Below are positions 8,222 to 17,413 of a DNA stretch of 32,000 bases, piece after piece. The position numbers were made by a program, and so were the translations under genes. Below the pieces are notes generated by a model. The model ran no database searches and had not been told where the DNA came from. It was given only the letters and a program-made list of their open reading frames with translations. Each line of letters starts with the position of its first letter. Within the stretch, counting starts at the first letter, position 1. Origin of the DNA: an uncultured Erysipelotrichaceae bacterium (GTDB taxonomy: Bacteria > Bacillota_I > Bacilli_A > Erysipelotrichales > Erysipelotrichaceae); NCBI GenBank assembly GCA_964457525.1, contig CAYWGS010000003.1:1-32000 (forward strand), read 5' to 3'.

Positions 8222-8230
8222 TGATAAAAT
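8222..8230 (+). promoter_or_regulatory. Extended -10 (TGaTAAAAT) placed 6 nt upstream of the rlmA ATG (leaderless-type promoter)
   Basis: TG 8222-8223, TAAAAT 8225-8230, ACGTCT, ATG 8237. No SD is present. Confidence 0.5.
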
Positions 8231-8236
8231 ACGTCT

Positions 8237-9028
8237 ATGCTTCAATGTCCAATTTGTAAAAAGAACTTAACTCAAGCCCATAAATCATATGAGTGTGAGA
8301 ATAAACATCATTTCGATCAATCCAAAAGTGGATACACCAATCTCTTTTTAAGTAACTCAAAACGAATTCATGGAGATAATGATGAAATGATTTATGCAAG
8401 ACATCGATTTCTTCAAGCAGGTTATTATTCATTCCTACTTGATAAGATAATTGAGATTATGCAAACACTATCAATCAAAACCTGTGTAGATTTAGGCTGT
8501 GGTGAAGGATATTATACAAATGCTTTATCTAAACAGTTTATAGATACACAATTTATTGGATTTGATTTATCCAAAACTGCCCTAAAAATCGCAAGTAAAC
8601 AATCCAATGGTCAATACTTTTGCGCAAGCATTGCGGATACACCCATCAAAGATCATTCTGTCGATTGTGTATTATGCATCTTTGCGCCGTTTAAGATCGA
8701 AGAAGTAAAACGAATCCTTAAACCGAATGGTTTTTTTATCGTAGTAAACCCACTTCCTTATCACCTATACGAATTAAAACAAGCACTCTATGAAACGGTT
8801 AAACTTAACCCAGAGTTCAACTTAGAATCGGATAATATGATTCATATCGAACAGTATGAAGTCGAACAAATCATCCACTTAGAGACATCTGAATCCTTAA
8901 GCGATTTACTTGATATGACCCCCTATCGATACAAAGCAAAAGAATCAAATATCCAATTATTCTATCAACTCGACTCACTCACTACCCGATGTTCATTTAG
9001 ATGTGATGTTTATAAATATACCCAATAA
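8237..9028 (+). CDS. rlmA: 23S rRNA (guanine-N1)-methyltransferase, RlmA family
   Basis: N-terminal Zn-ribbon-like CPICKKNL...YECENKHHFDQSKSGYTNL resembles E. coli RlmA (CPLC...[20 protein letters not shown]). SAM motif VDLGCGEGYY. Confidence 0.8.
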   Translation: MLQCPICKKNLTQAHKSYECENKHHFDQSKSGYTNLFLSNSKRIHGDNDEMIYARHRFLQAGYYSFLLDKIIEIMQTLSIKTCVDLGCGEGYYTNALSKQFIDTQFIGFDLSKTALKIASKQSNGQYFCASIADTPIKDHSVDCVLCIFAPFKIEEVKRILKPNGFFIVVNPLPYHLYELKQALYETVKLNPEFNLESDNMIHIEQYEVEQIIHLETSESLSDLLDMTPYRYKAKESNIQLFYQLDSLTTRCSFRCDVYKYTQ

Positions 9029-9102
9029 ACTTGTACTTTAATTAAAAGATAGTTATAATGAATTCGTTTTACACTTAGAATGTGCATAATGGAGGAATTA
9101 CT

Positions 9103-9753
9103 TTGGAAAGTATTTTTGGACTTTTAATATCCATTTTATATATTGTGATTATCATCGCAATATCAACACGTTTAACCCATTTACCTTTTGAATTCAGTCG
9201 AACTTTCACGCATATTTTAGTAATGAATTGGTGGCTTATTGCGACGTTCTTTATTAAGGACTATTGGTTAGCTATCACAGCTCCTATCTTGTTTGTTATT
9301 TTCAATACATTAAATGTCATTTACAATTTTATCCCCGCAATCAATACAAAAAGAAGAGATTCAAACAAAGGCCCTATCTACTACGCTTTAGCAGTATTCA
9401 TTCTGACTGCCGCTACCTTCCATACCCCTTCATTTCATATCGTTGGTGGTATTGGTTTACTCGTAATGGCCTATGGAGATGGATTTGCAGCACTCATTGG
9501 TCAGAAATACGGTACACACACATACACCATATTTAAAGGACATAAAACATTTGAAGGTAGCTTCACAATGTTAGTCGTATCAATGATTGTGATTACAACG
9601 TATCAATATCTACAATTAGGAACTGTTGATTTCATCCAAGTCTTCTTACTTAGTTTAGTTGCGACTCTCGTAGAAGCAATCTCCCCCTTTGGAATTGATA
9701 ATCTATTTATTCCAATCCTTGTTTCTTTACTCTATTTCATCATGATACTTTAA
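9103..9753 (+). CDS. SEC59/DGK1/VTE5-type (CTP-dependent polyprenol/diacylglycerol kinase-like) integral membrane protein
   Basis: Polytopic membrane protein with YGDGFAALIGQKYG...FKGHKTFEGS, typical of the phytol/dolichol kinase-like family. The likely start is TTG 9103, 6 nt after GGAGGA (9091-9096). The ORF-track GTG 9082 is in the same frame. Confidence 0.65.
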   Translation: MESIFGLLISILYIVIIIAISTRLTHLPFEFSRTFTHILVMNWWLIATFFIKDYWLAITAPILFVIFNTLNVIYNFIPAINTKRRDSNKGPIYYALAVFILTAATFHTPSFHIVGGIGLLVMAYGDGFAALIGQKYGTHTYTIFKGHKTFEGSFTMLVVSMIVITTYQYLQLGTVDFIQVFLLSLVATLVEAISPFGIDNLFIPILVSLLYFIMIL

Positions 9754-9779
9754 AAGGCCTCTCGGCCTTTTATTTTTTT
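9753..9779. terminator. Bidirectional rho-independent terminator
   Basis: AAAGGCC-tctc-GGCCTTT flanked by an A-run and a T-run (TATTTTTTT). It lies between two convergent genes. Confidence 0.8.
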
Positions 9780-10030
9780 AGTACTTCTTCTAATACCATT
9801 CTTACGTCATCTTTAGTCATAATTCCTTCAAAGAGTTTACGATCTTCTAAGAAGAAACTTGGTACTAAGTAATAATCATAAGAGTTTGCGAATTCAACTT
9901 CAACTTGTTCATCCACATGTCTTATTTGAATGTCTTTATAACGATCTTCTTGCATGAGTTCATCTAAGTACTTATTCGCACGAATGCAATATGGACAATT
10001 CTTTAATTTAAAATATGTTAGTTCTTTCAT
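9770..10030 (-). CDS. Small glutaredoxin-like thioredoxin-fold protein (86 aa)
   Basis: CPYC active-site motif near the N-terminus (KLKNCPYCIRANKYL); the size and pattern fit the glutaredoxin/NrdH-like fold. Confidence 0.7.
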   Translation of the reverse strand: MKELTYFKLKNCPYCIRANKYLDELMQEDRYKDIQIRHVDEQVEVEFANSYDYYLVPSFFLEDRKLFEGIMTKDDVRMVLEEVLKK

Positions 10031-10036
10031 GACAGA

Positions 10037-10045
10037 ATTTTAACA
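10037..10045 (-). promoter_or_regulatory. Extended -10 (TGtTAAAAT) 6 nt upstream of the glutaredoxin-like ATG (leaderless-type promoter)
   Basis: The minus strand reads TG-T-TAAAAT-TCTGTC-ATG (ATG = 10028-10030). No SD. Confidence 0.5.
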
Positions 10046-10078
10046 TAGCGAATTCAAAGAATAAACCTGAATGCTTTT

Positions 10079-10087
10079 TGATATAAT
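10079..10087 (+). promoter_or_regulatory. Extended -10 (TGaTATAAT) for lplA-lpd
   Basis: TG 10079-10080 and TATAAT 10082-10087, followed by SD AGGTGA (10094-10099) and ATG 10105. Confidence 0.5.
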
Positions 10088-10104
10088 CTAAATAGGTGAA
10101 AAAA

Positions 10105-11070
10105 ATGAAACTAGAACTCTATCTTTCGCATCATCATAATCCTCATTACAACCTATCGCTTGAACAACACCTTCTTGAAACTTGCCCTGTAGATACTGTT
10201 CGCTTCTATTTATGGCAAAACGAACATACTGTAGTGATTGGGAAGAACCAACACGCTTTATCTGAAGTGCATTATGAAAAGTTGATTCAAGACAAAGGTA
10301 CCTTAGCGCGAAGAACATCCGGTGGTGGTGCCGTTTATCATGATTTAGGTAATCTAAACTTTAGCTTTATCGCATATGGTTCTCTCTTTAATATTTCCAA
10401 ACAAATGGAAATGATTGCGGAAACATTGAGACAACTTGGATATAATGCCCAAGTAAATGGACGCAATGATATCGAAGTTGATGGAGCTAAAGTCTCTGGT
10501 AATGCCTTTGCCCATTTAAAGAACCAACACTTGCATCATGGTACACTCCTCGTCAATGTGGATAAGCCAAGTCTTGGTAAGTACTTAAATGTTAACCCTA
10601 AGAAACTACAACGTAAGAATGTTGGATCGGTTGTCGCAAGAATCGCCAATCTAAATGAGATAAAACCCATCACTATTCAAGAATTAATGGATACGCTCTT
10701 CAATACAGTTCAATCTTTCTATCAAACCCATTCGCATATTTATCCACTTCCTTCTGATTTTAATGAATCAAACGTAAATGAATTTAGTTCTGAAGAATGG
10801 CTATTGGGTAAACAATCCAATGAAAAAGTTATGTTTGAAGAATGTTTTGATTACGGATGTATCAAATGGATGATGGAAGTTGAGAATGGCAAAATAACAA
10901 GTAATCATATCTATACAGACAGTATGGATACCGATTGGTGTAGATCAATTGAAAAGGCAGTCATAGGATATCATGCGACTGAATCTGATTTACTCAAAGT
11001 TTTGAATACACTTGATCAAGATGAAAAGATTGATGCGATTATTCAAGCATTATCAAATAAGGAAAAATAA
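10105..11070 (+). CDS. lplA: Lipoate-protein ligase A
   Basis: RRTSGGGAVYHDLGNLNFSF (LplA signature) and KVSGNA lysine motif. ATG 10105 sits behind the AGGTGA SD and is preferred over the ORF-track GTG 10096. Confidence 0.9.
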   Translation: MKLELYLSHHHNPHYNLSLEQHLLETCPVDTVRFYLWQNEHTVVIGKNQHALSEVHYEKLIQDKGTLARRTSGGGAVYHDLGNLNFSFIAYGSLFNISKQMEMIAETLRQLGYNAQVNGRNDIEVDGAKVSGNAFAHLKNQHLHHGTLLVNVDKPSLGKYLNVNPKKLQRKNVGSVVARIANLNEIKPITIQELMDTLFNTVQSFYQTHSHIYPLPSDFNESNVNEFSSEEWLLGKQSNEKVMFEECFDYGCIKWMMEVENGKITSNHIYTDSMDTDWCRSIEKAVIGYHATESDLLKVLNTLDQDEKIDAIIQALSNKEK

Positions 11071-11073
11071 ACC

Positions 11074-12378
11074 ATGAAATTAATCATCATTGGGGCAGGT
11101 CCTGCTGGTTATACAGCCGCATTCACAGCTGCTAAAGCGAAATGGGAAGTCCTACTCTTTACGAATCATAATTTAGGTGGAGTTTGTTTAAATGAAGGAT
11201 GTATTCCTACCAAAAGTTTATTAGAAGATAGTTTTCATCTCTATAAAACGCAATTAATGGATAATGAACTAAACCCAATTAAAAGTGTCATTCCAGTTTA
11301 TCAACACAAATCAGATGTTCAATTAGAACTTCAAACCAATTTAGAAAAAGCACTGATTGCATCTAAAGTTCAAGTCATTCATTCAAAAGTTCATTTCATC
11401 AGTAATACAGAAGTCATGGATCATGAAGGACATCGTTATACCGCAGATAAATTCTTAATCTGTACAGGGGCTAAACCCTCCAGCTTTATCCAGATTGATG
11501 GAGCGCTTACCAGTTATGAAGTGCTAGATCAACCCATCACATCCAAACAATCCATTTTAATCATTGGGGCAGGCGTTATTGGGGTAGAACTTGCGAGTTT
11601 TCTAAGAATGATGTCACATGAAGTAACACTCATTGAACTTGCGCCACGTATTCTATCTCAAGTACCGAAAGAAGCTGCACAAACGTTAGACCGTGAATTA
11701 AAACGAATGGGGATACAAATATTCACGAATACTAAGGTTGATTCCTATACAAAAGATTCACACTATCATATTGAGTTTAACAATGAGACACATGAGTATG
11801 ACCAAGTGATTATTGCGACTGGTCGTATCGCAAACACTAATTCACTTCAACTTCAAAACACAGATATTGAAACTGAACGAGGTTATATTAAAGTGAATTC
11901 AAACTTCGAAACGAGTGTTAAAAATATCTATGCTTGTGGTGATGTGGCGGGTTCGATTCAGTTAGCCCATGTCGCAAGTGATCAAGCTGAACAGCTCATT
12001 CATCATTTAATCGATAATACAGAAATATTGAATAAGATTATTCCTTATGTCATCTATACACCTTTACAAATTGCGTATGCAGGATTAAGTGAAGAGAAAG
12101 CTAAAGAGTTAAATATAAACTATAAAGTTAAGAAAGTACTATTCAACTCAATCGCAAAACAGAAGATAAAAATCAATACTCGTGCGTATTTAAAATGCTT
12201 AATTAATGAAAATTATGAAATGATTGGATGCGAAATTGTAAGCAGTGAAGCATCTGAACTCATCTCCACTTGTTTAGTTATCATGGAGAATAAATTAGAC
12301 TGTCGTGAGATTCACAAAACAGTGTATGCTCATCCAAGTTTAAGTGAAGTTTTTAAAGACATATCCTTTGAGCTTTAG
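11074..12378 (+). CDS. lpd: Dihydrolipoyl dehydrogenase (E3 / L-protein); a related flavoprotein disulfide reductase cannot be excluded
   Basis: FAD motif IIIGAGPAGY, redox-active GGVCLNEGCIPTKSLL, NAD motif IIGAGVIGVE, and C-terminal AHPSLSE His-Glu motif. Its position between lplA and the gcv operon supports the call. Confidence 0.8.
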   Translation: MKLIIIGAGPAGYTAAFTAAKAKWEVLLFTNHNLGGVCLNEGCIPTKSLLEDSFHLYKTQLMDNELNPIKSVIPVYQHKSDVQLELQTNLEKALIASKVQVIHSKVHFISNTEVMDHEGHRYTADKFLICTGAKPSSFIQIDGALTSYEVLDQPITSKQSILIIGAGVIGVELASFLRMMSHEVTLIELAPRILSQVPKEAAQTLDRELKRMGIQIFTNTKVDSYTKDSHYHIEFNNETHEYDQVIIATGRIANTNSLQLQNTDIETERGYIKVNSNFETSVKNIYACGDVAGSIQLAHVASDQAEQLIHHLIDNTEILNKIIPYVIYTPLQIAYAGLSEEKAKELNINYKVKKVLFNSIAKQKIKINTRAYLKCLINENYEMIGCEIVSSEASELISTCLVIMENKLDCREIHKTVYAHPSLSEVFKDISFEL

Positions 12379-12395
12379 TTAAAGATTGGTATAAT
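12368..12395 (+). promoter_or_regulatory. Candidate sigma-A promoter of the gcv operon
   Basis: TTGAGC (12368-12373), 16-nt spacer, TGgTATAAT (12387-12395). It overlaps the lpd stop codon. Confidence 0.5.
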
Positions 12396-12416
12396 AAACT
12401 ATATAGTTGGTTGAAC

Positions 12417-12564
12417 ATTCCGGGAGAGATCTAATCATAGGCACCGAAGGCGAAATGCGCATAAACGCTCAGGTAAAAGGACCGGAATAGGACAAAACTT
12501 CGTAGAGAGAGTTAATCCACCGAAGAGGCAATCGAAAGAGAATCTTTCAGGTAAAAAGACGAAG
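12417..12564 (+). promoter_or_regulatory. Tandem (two-aptamer) glycine riboswitch
   Basis: Aptamer 1 (12417-12488): P1 ATTCCGG/CCGGAAT, GGAGAG, CACCGAAGG, CTCAGGTAAAAGGAC. Aptamer 2 (12498-12564): P1 CTTCGT/ACGAAG, AGAGAG, CACCGAAGAGGCAA, TTCAGGTAAAAAGAC. It lies directly upstream of gcvT, the classic context. Confidence 0.88.
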
Positions 12565-12590
12565 GCGCTTATTTTTTAAGCGCTTTTGTG
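12565..12590 (+). terminator. Riboswitch expression-platform terminator
   Basis: GCGCTTA-ttttt-TAAGCGC followed by TTTTGTG. Its 5' side abuts or overlaps the 3' strand of aptamer-2 P1, consistent with a glycine ON switch. Confidence 0.7.
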
Positions 12591-12604
12591 CGTAAAGGGA
12601 ACCT

Positions 12605-13672
12605 ATGGAAAAGATAACGCCTTTGTATCATTGGCATAAGAATCATCAAGGGAATATTGTAGAGTTTGGTGGCTACCTTATGCCTCTACATTATTCGAAT
12701 GGCATCTTGCATGAACATCATACTGTTCGAACTAAAGTAGGATTATTTGATGTAAGTCATATGGGAGAATTTAGTTTTTCTGGGAAAGATGCGCTTGCGA
12801 ATCTAAACTATGTGATTAGTAATGATTTTAGTGATTTGGAAATAAATAAAACACGATATGGTATCTTAGTACGAAAAGATGGGACTGCAGTCGATGATTT
12901 ATTGGTTTATCGTATGGCTGAAGAAGAATACTTCGTTGTGGTAAATGCCGCAAATATAGACAAAGATGAAGCTTACTTTAAGGAACATTTATTTGGAGAG
13001 GTAACGTTTAAAAATCTAAGTGATTATTATGGACAAATCGCAATTCAAGGTCCACTATCTCAAGAACTTTTAAAGCGATTAACACCACACAATGATATGG
13101 CCTATTACAGTTTCACACAAAATGTGGATATTGCAGGAAAGAACGTTATTGTAAGTCGTACCGGCTATACAGGTGAAGATGGATATGAGATTTACACCAA
13201 AGCTGAAGATACTGAATTCTTATGGGATTTATTTCTAAAAACAGGTGAAGATCTTGGCGTTGAACCTTGTGGATTAGGTTGTCGCGATACACTAAGACTA
13301 GAAGCCGCAATGCCATTATTCGGACATGAACTTAATGATGAAACAACTCCACTTGAAGCTGGTTTATCGATGTTCGTGAAATTGGATAAGGAAAAATTCA
13401 TCGCAAAAGAAGCGTTAAGTGAAAAACCACTTAAACGTAAAATTGGTCTTCAACTCATTGATCGAGGTATTGCACGTGAACACTGTGATGTTTATTTCAA
13501 TGGTGAAAAAGTAGGAACTGTAACTTCAGGCACGAAGAGTCCAACCCTCAATCAATCCATCGCGATGGCATTTGTCCCTGCGGAGTTGTTTAAGGAAACT
13601 CAGTTTGAGATTGATGTTAGAGGAAAATTATTAAAGGCAGAAAAGGTAAAATTACCGTTTTATAAACGATAA
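12605..13672 (+). CDS. gcvT: Glycine cleavage system T protein (aminomethyltransferase)
   Basis: Typical GcvT sequence (..TVRTKVGLFDVSHMGEF.., SRTGYTGEDGYEI) with operon context. SD AAAGGGA. Confidence 0.95.
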   Translation: MEKITPLYHWHKNHQGNIVEFGGYLMPLHYSNGILHEHHTVRTKVGLFDVSHMGEFSFSGKDALANLNYVISNDFSDLEINKTRYGILVRKDGTAVDDLLVYRMAEEEYFVVVNAANIDKDEAYFKEHLFGEVTFKNLSDYYGQIAIQGPLSQELLKRLTPHNDMAYYSFTQNVDIAGKNVIVSRTGYTGEDGYEIYTKAEDTEFLWDLFLKTGEDLGVEPCGLGCRDTLRLEAAMPLFGHELNDETTPLEAGLSMFVKLDKEKFIAKEALSEKPLKRKIGLQLIDRGIAREHCDVYFNGEKVGTVTSGTKSPTLNQSIAMAFVPAELFKETQFEIDVRGKLLKAEKVKLPFYKR

Positions 13673-13684
13673 AAGGAGCACAAA

Positions 13685-14050
13685 ATGGAAAAATATTACG
13701 CAGAATCACATGAATGGGTTATGGCATTAGATGACAATACAGTTGTTGTTGGAATTTCTGATTACGCGCAAAGTGCACTTGGAGATATCGTCTTCTTGAG
13801 TAATGCGGAAGTGGGCGATACTGTTTCTTTTGGAGAACGTTTTGGGGATGTCGAATCCGTTAAGGCTGTATCTGAAATCTTATCTCCTGTCGATGGTAAA
13901 GTTGTGGAAGTGAACAAAGCATTAGATGATCAACCTGAGTTATTGAATGCTAAACCGTTAGAAACTTGGATTATCAAAGTTGAAGGTAAAATTGATCCAT
14001 CTAAATTAATGACAGAAGCAGAATACTTAGCCCTAGATAAAGGACATTAA
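13685..14050 (+). CDS. gcvH: Glycine cleavage system H protein (lipoyl carrier)
   Basis: Lipoyl-lysine motif GDVESVKAVSEILSP; 121 aa. Confidence 0.95.
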   Translation: MEKYYAESHEWVMALDDNTVVVGISDYAQSALGDIVFLSNAEVGDTVSFGERFGDVESVKAVSEILSPVDGKVVEVNKALDDQPELLNAKPLETWIIKVEGKIDPSKLMTEAEYLALDKGH

Positions 14051-14051
14051 T

Positions 14052-15368
14052 ATGGCAGATTACCTATCGAATACACCTAACCAACAAGCTTCAATGTTAA
14101 AGGAATTAGGGTTTAATTCTCTTGAGGATCTATATTCTAATTTACCTCATGACTTAATCCTTCAACGTCCCCTCGATCTTGAACTTGGTCAAAGTGAGTT
14201 CAAAGTACTAGATACATTAAAAGAACTTGCAGGTAAGAATAAAGTCTATAAAACCATTTTGCGTGGTGCTGGTGTCGAACATCACTATATTCCAAGTGTT
14301 GTAAAACAACTCAGTAATCGTGAAGAGTTCGTAAGTGCTTATACACCATATCAATCTGAGTTATCTCAAGGTATTTTACAATCCATCTTTGAATATCAAA
14401 GTTCTATGTGTGAAATCACAGGAATGGATGTATGTAATGCCTCTGTATATGATGGTGCGACTGCAGCTGCTGAGGCCATCCAAATGGTGATTGAAAAGAA
14501 TCGTAGAAAAATACTTGTGCCTAAGAATATGCACCCACAAGTCGTTCATGTCATGCGTACCTATACACAATGGTTAAACATTGAGATTATCGATGTTGAA
14601 TGTCATGAAGGTCTAGTTGATATGAATGATCTAAAATCAAAATGCGATGATCAATGTGCCGCATTATTCATCCAACATCCAAACTATTTTGGTTGTTTAG
14701 AAGATGTTCAAGACTTAGCACAAACCGTCCATACCTATGGTATTAAACTCGTTCAATATACCAACCCGATGACACTTGGTTACTTAAAATCTCCTCGTGC
14801 AAACGGTGTTGATATCGCGATCGGAGAAGCACAACCTCTCGGTATACCGATGTCCTATGGCGGCCCTTTCTTAGGTTTTATGTCCGCAAGTGCTGATTTA
14901 GTTCGTCGCTTGCCGGGTCGAATTGCAGGTCAAACCGTAGATGAAAATGGCAAACGCGCATTTACTTTAACTCTTCAAGCCCGTGAACAACATATTCGTC
15001 GTGAAAAAGCGAGTTCAAGTATTTGTTCCAATCAAGCATTGATGGCATTGACCGCTTCTATGTATCTTGCGTCTGTTGGACCTAGTGGATTAAAAGAAGT
15101 GGCGGAATACAGTATGCGTAAAGCACACTACTTCGCAAATGAACTAGTGAAGTTAGGATTCAAACTAAAATACAATAGTCCATTCTTCCATGAGTTTGTG
15201 ACAGTTGGACCGGTTGAAAATATAATTATTGAGCGTGCATTGGATGAAATTAATGTCTTATCTGGATTGAGTTTAAGTTCACATGAAACACTTTGGTGTT
15301 GTACAGAAACCACTTCTAAGGAAGATATTGATCGTGTCATCCATCGTTTAAAGGAGGTCGTCGCATGA
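14052..15368 (+). CDS. gcvPA: Glycine dehydrogenase (decarboxylating) subunit 1
   Basis: Typical split P-protein alpha subunit (..[16 protein letters not shown]..). ATGA overlap with gcvPB. Confidence 0.95.
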   Translation: MADYLSNTPNQQASMLKELGFNSLEDLYSNLPHDLILQRPLDLELGQSEFKVLDTLKELAGKNKVYKTILRGAGVEHHYIPSVVKQLSNREEFVSAYTPYQSELSQGILQSIFEYQSSMCEITGMDVCNASVYDGATAAAEAIQMVIEKNRRKILVPKNMHPQVVHVMRTYTQWLNIEIIDVECHEGLVDMNDLKSKCDDQCAALFIQHPNYFGCLEDVQDLAQTVHTYGIKLVQYTNPMTLGYLKSPRANGVDIAIGEAQPLGIPMSYGGPFLGFMSASADLVRRLPGRIAGQTVDENGKRAFTLTLQAREQHIRREKASSSICSNQALMALTASMYLASVGPSGLKEVAEYSMRKAHYFANELVKLGFKLKYNSPFFHEFVTVGPVENIIIERALDEINVLSGLSLSSHETLWCCTETTSKEDIDRVIHRLKEVVA

Positions 15369-16807
15369 GTCAACTCATTTTTGAAAGAAGTGTTTCATCA
15401 AGACGTGCTGTACGCTTTGATGCGTGTGATGTGCCTGAAGTTAAACTTGATGATAAATATGTAAGACAATCCAAAGCACGTTTACCCGAAGTCAGTGAAG
15501 TTGACATTGTTCGTCACTACATGGAACTTTCAAGAAACTCCTTTGGCGTAGATAATGGTTTCTATCCTCTTGGATCTTGTACCATGAAGTACAATCCTAA
15601 ATTAAATGAATTTACAGCTAGCTTAGATGGCTTTACCTCCATCCATCCAGATCAAAGTTTAAACACTGTGTCTGGCACAGTAGAACTTATGGATAATCTT
15701 AGCCTTGTGCTTGCAGAGATTACTGGTATGGATGCTTTCACACTACAACCTGCTGCTGGAGCACATGGTGAATTTACAGGCTTACTTCTCATTCGTGCCT
15801 ATCACAATGCGCGTAATGATCATAAGCGCACAAAAGTTATCGTTCCAGATAGTTCACATGGAACAAACCCAGCAAGTGCAAGTATGGCTGGTTATACCGT
15901 AGTAAGTGTTCCATCCAATGATCAAGGTGGTGTTGATGTAGAAGCTCTAAAAGCCGTTCTCAGTGATGATATTGCGGCTCTCATGTTAACAAATCCAAAT
16001 ACCTTAGGTTTATTCGATCCTAATATCTGTGAGATTTCAAAACTCGTTCATGATATTGGTGGATTACTCTATTATGATGGGGCAAACCTCAATGCGATAA
16101 TGGGTACCGCAAGACCAGGGGATATGGGTTTTGACGTTGTACACCTTAACTTACATAAAACATTCTCTACCCCTCATGGTGGAGGTGGTCCTGGTAGTGG
16201 TCCAGTCGGTGTTAAATCGTGTTTAGTTCCATATCTTCCACAAGGCACCTTAATTAAGGAAGCCTATAGATATCGCTACATTGATGAAAGAGATACCCTC
16301 AGTATTGGACGTATGCGTTCTTATTACGGTAATTTCTTGGTCAATGTACGTGCTTATACCTATATCTTATCGCTTGGACGTGATGGACTAAAATCCGCAA
16401 GTCAGAATGCAGTTCTTAATGCGAACTATATGATGAATGCCCTCAAGGATACCTTCCCTATTGCTTACCCACAAACTTGTATGCATGAATTTGTCGTAAG
16501 CCTTGAAACTCTCAAGAAAGAAACAGGTATTAGTGCTAAGGATATCTGTAAAGCACTCTTAGACTATAAGATGCATCCACCTACCATGTACTTCCCACTC
16601 ATTGTTCACGAAGCACTCATGATTGAGCCAACTGAAACTGAAAGTAAGGAAAGTATGGATAACTTCATTCAAGTTCTAAAAGACTTGAAACAGCTCGCAT
16701 ACGATGACCCTCAAAAGATTCTCAATGCGCCATACACAACTCCAGTCAAACGTGTCGATGATGTACAAGCTGCACGTAATCCAATTCTTAAGTATCCATT
16801 TAAATAA
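15365..16807 (+). CDS. gcvPB: Glycine dehydrogenase (decarboxylating) subunit 2
   Basis: PLP-lysine region [18 protein letters not shown]. Confidence 0.95.
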   Translation: MSQLIFERSVSSRRAVRFDACDVPEVKLDDKYVRQSKARLPEVSEVDIVRHYMELSRNSFGVDNGFYPLGSCTMKYNPKLNEFTASLDGFTSIHPDQSLNTVSGTVELMDNLSLVLAEITGMDAFTLQPAAGAHGEFTGLLLIRAYHNARNDHKRTKVIVPDSSHGTNPASASMAGYTVVSVPSNDQGGVDVEALKAVLSDDIAALMLTNPNTLGLFDPNICEISKLVHDIGGLLYYDGANLNAIMGTARPGDMGFDVVHLNLHKTFSTPHGGGGPGSGPVGVKSCLVPYLPQGTLIKEAYRYRYIDERDTLSIGRMRSYYGNFLVNVRAYTYILSLGRDGLKSASQNAVLNANYMMNALKDTFPIAYPQTCMHEFVVSLETLKKETGISAKDICKALLDYKMHPPTMYFPLIVHEALMIEPTETESKESMDNFIQVLKDLKQLAYDDPQKILNAPYTTPVKRVDDVQAARNPILKYPFK

Positions 16808-16825
16808 GTAAAATACACCTTAATG

Positions 16826-16874
16826 AAATGCACCCCAAAAGTTAGACAACTAACAGAAAGGAGTGCATTTTTTA
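16826..16874 (+). terminator. Probable terminator of the gcv operon (long imperfect hairpin + T-run)
   Basis: AAATGCAC (16826-16833) pairs with GTGCATTT (16863-16870). An inner GTTAG-acaa-CTAAC hairpin is present, followed by TTTTTT. Confidence 0.45.
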
Positions 16875-16906
16875 TGATTATCTTTCTTTATATCATATAA
16901 AGTATT

Positions 16907-17413
16907 ATGCTCATTTATCTATTAATGAAGATTGAACAATCCTTATGCAGAGAATATTTAAGATCCATTTCGTTTACTCAAATACTCCTCATAATCCCTA
17001 TTTATATCCTTAACCTAAACATAAGTTCTTATCTACTCTTATCCGTCTTATTTACATTAGCTTGGATGGATGATCAGCTTAAAGCTGTTAGTGATCGATT
17101 ACTAATCCTATATTTCATATCAATATTGTTTCATTACATTAATCACCCGATTCCGATTAGTGTTATTAATCTATTCATTTGTTTAGGATTACTCATCTTT
17201 TCAAAATTATCTAATGGATTGGGAATAGGAGATGTCTATATCTTTTTTGGCTTAGCATTTATCCTAACACTCCAAGACTTTATGTTTGTAATCAAGTATT
17301 CTTGTTGGTTTGGACTAATTCTAGAACTCATAAAAAAGGCAAAATCATCTTTTGCCTTTATTCCATATATTTATATAGGATTAGTCGTATTCCTTATCTT
17401 AAATCTTTATTAA
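16907..17413 (+). CDS. Polytopic membrane protein, prepilin-peptidase-like (A24 family) by motif
   Basis: 168 aa and very hydrophobic. AWMDDQLKAVSD and GLGIGDVYIFFGLAF resemble the two Asp-containing motifs of A24 peptidases (GxGDxK-like). C-terminal FAFIPYIYIG. The call is weak. Confidence 0.4.
   Translation: MLIYLLMKIEQSLCREYLRSISFTQILLIIPIYILNLNISSYLLLSVLFTLAWMDDQLKAVSDRLLILYFISILFHYINHPIPISVINLFICLGLLIFSKLSNGLGIGDVYIFFGLAFILTLQDFMFVIKYSCWFGLILELIKKAKSSFAFIPYIYIGLVVFLILNLY

Noticed and set aside
12417-12564. The structured leader upstream of gcvT as a T-box or other riboswitch class
   Set aside because: There is no T-box specifier or T-box sequence. Both halves carry the glycine-aptamer conserved blocks (GGAGAG/AGAGAG, CACCGAAG, YTCAGGTAAAARGAC).
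16859-16900. Mini-ORF MIIFLYII (ATG 16874) behind an AGGAG-like sequence
   Set aside because: The AGGAG is part of the 3' arm region of the gcv terminator hairpin, the spacing of 10 nt is poor, and the 8-codon peptide has no supporting feature.
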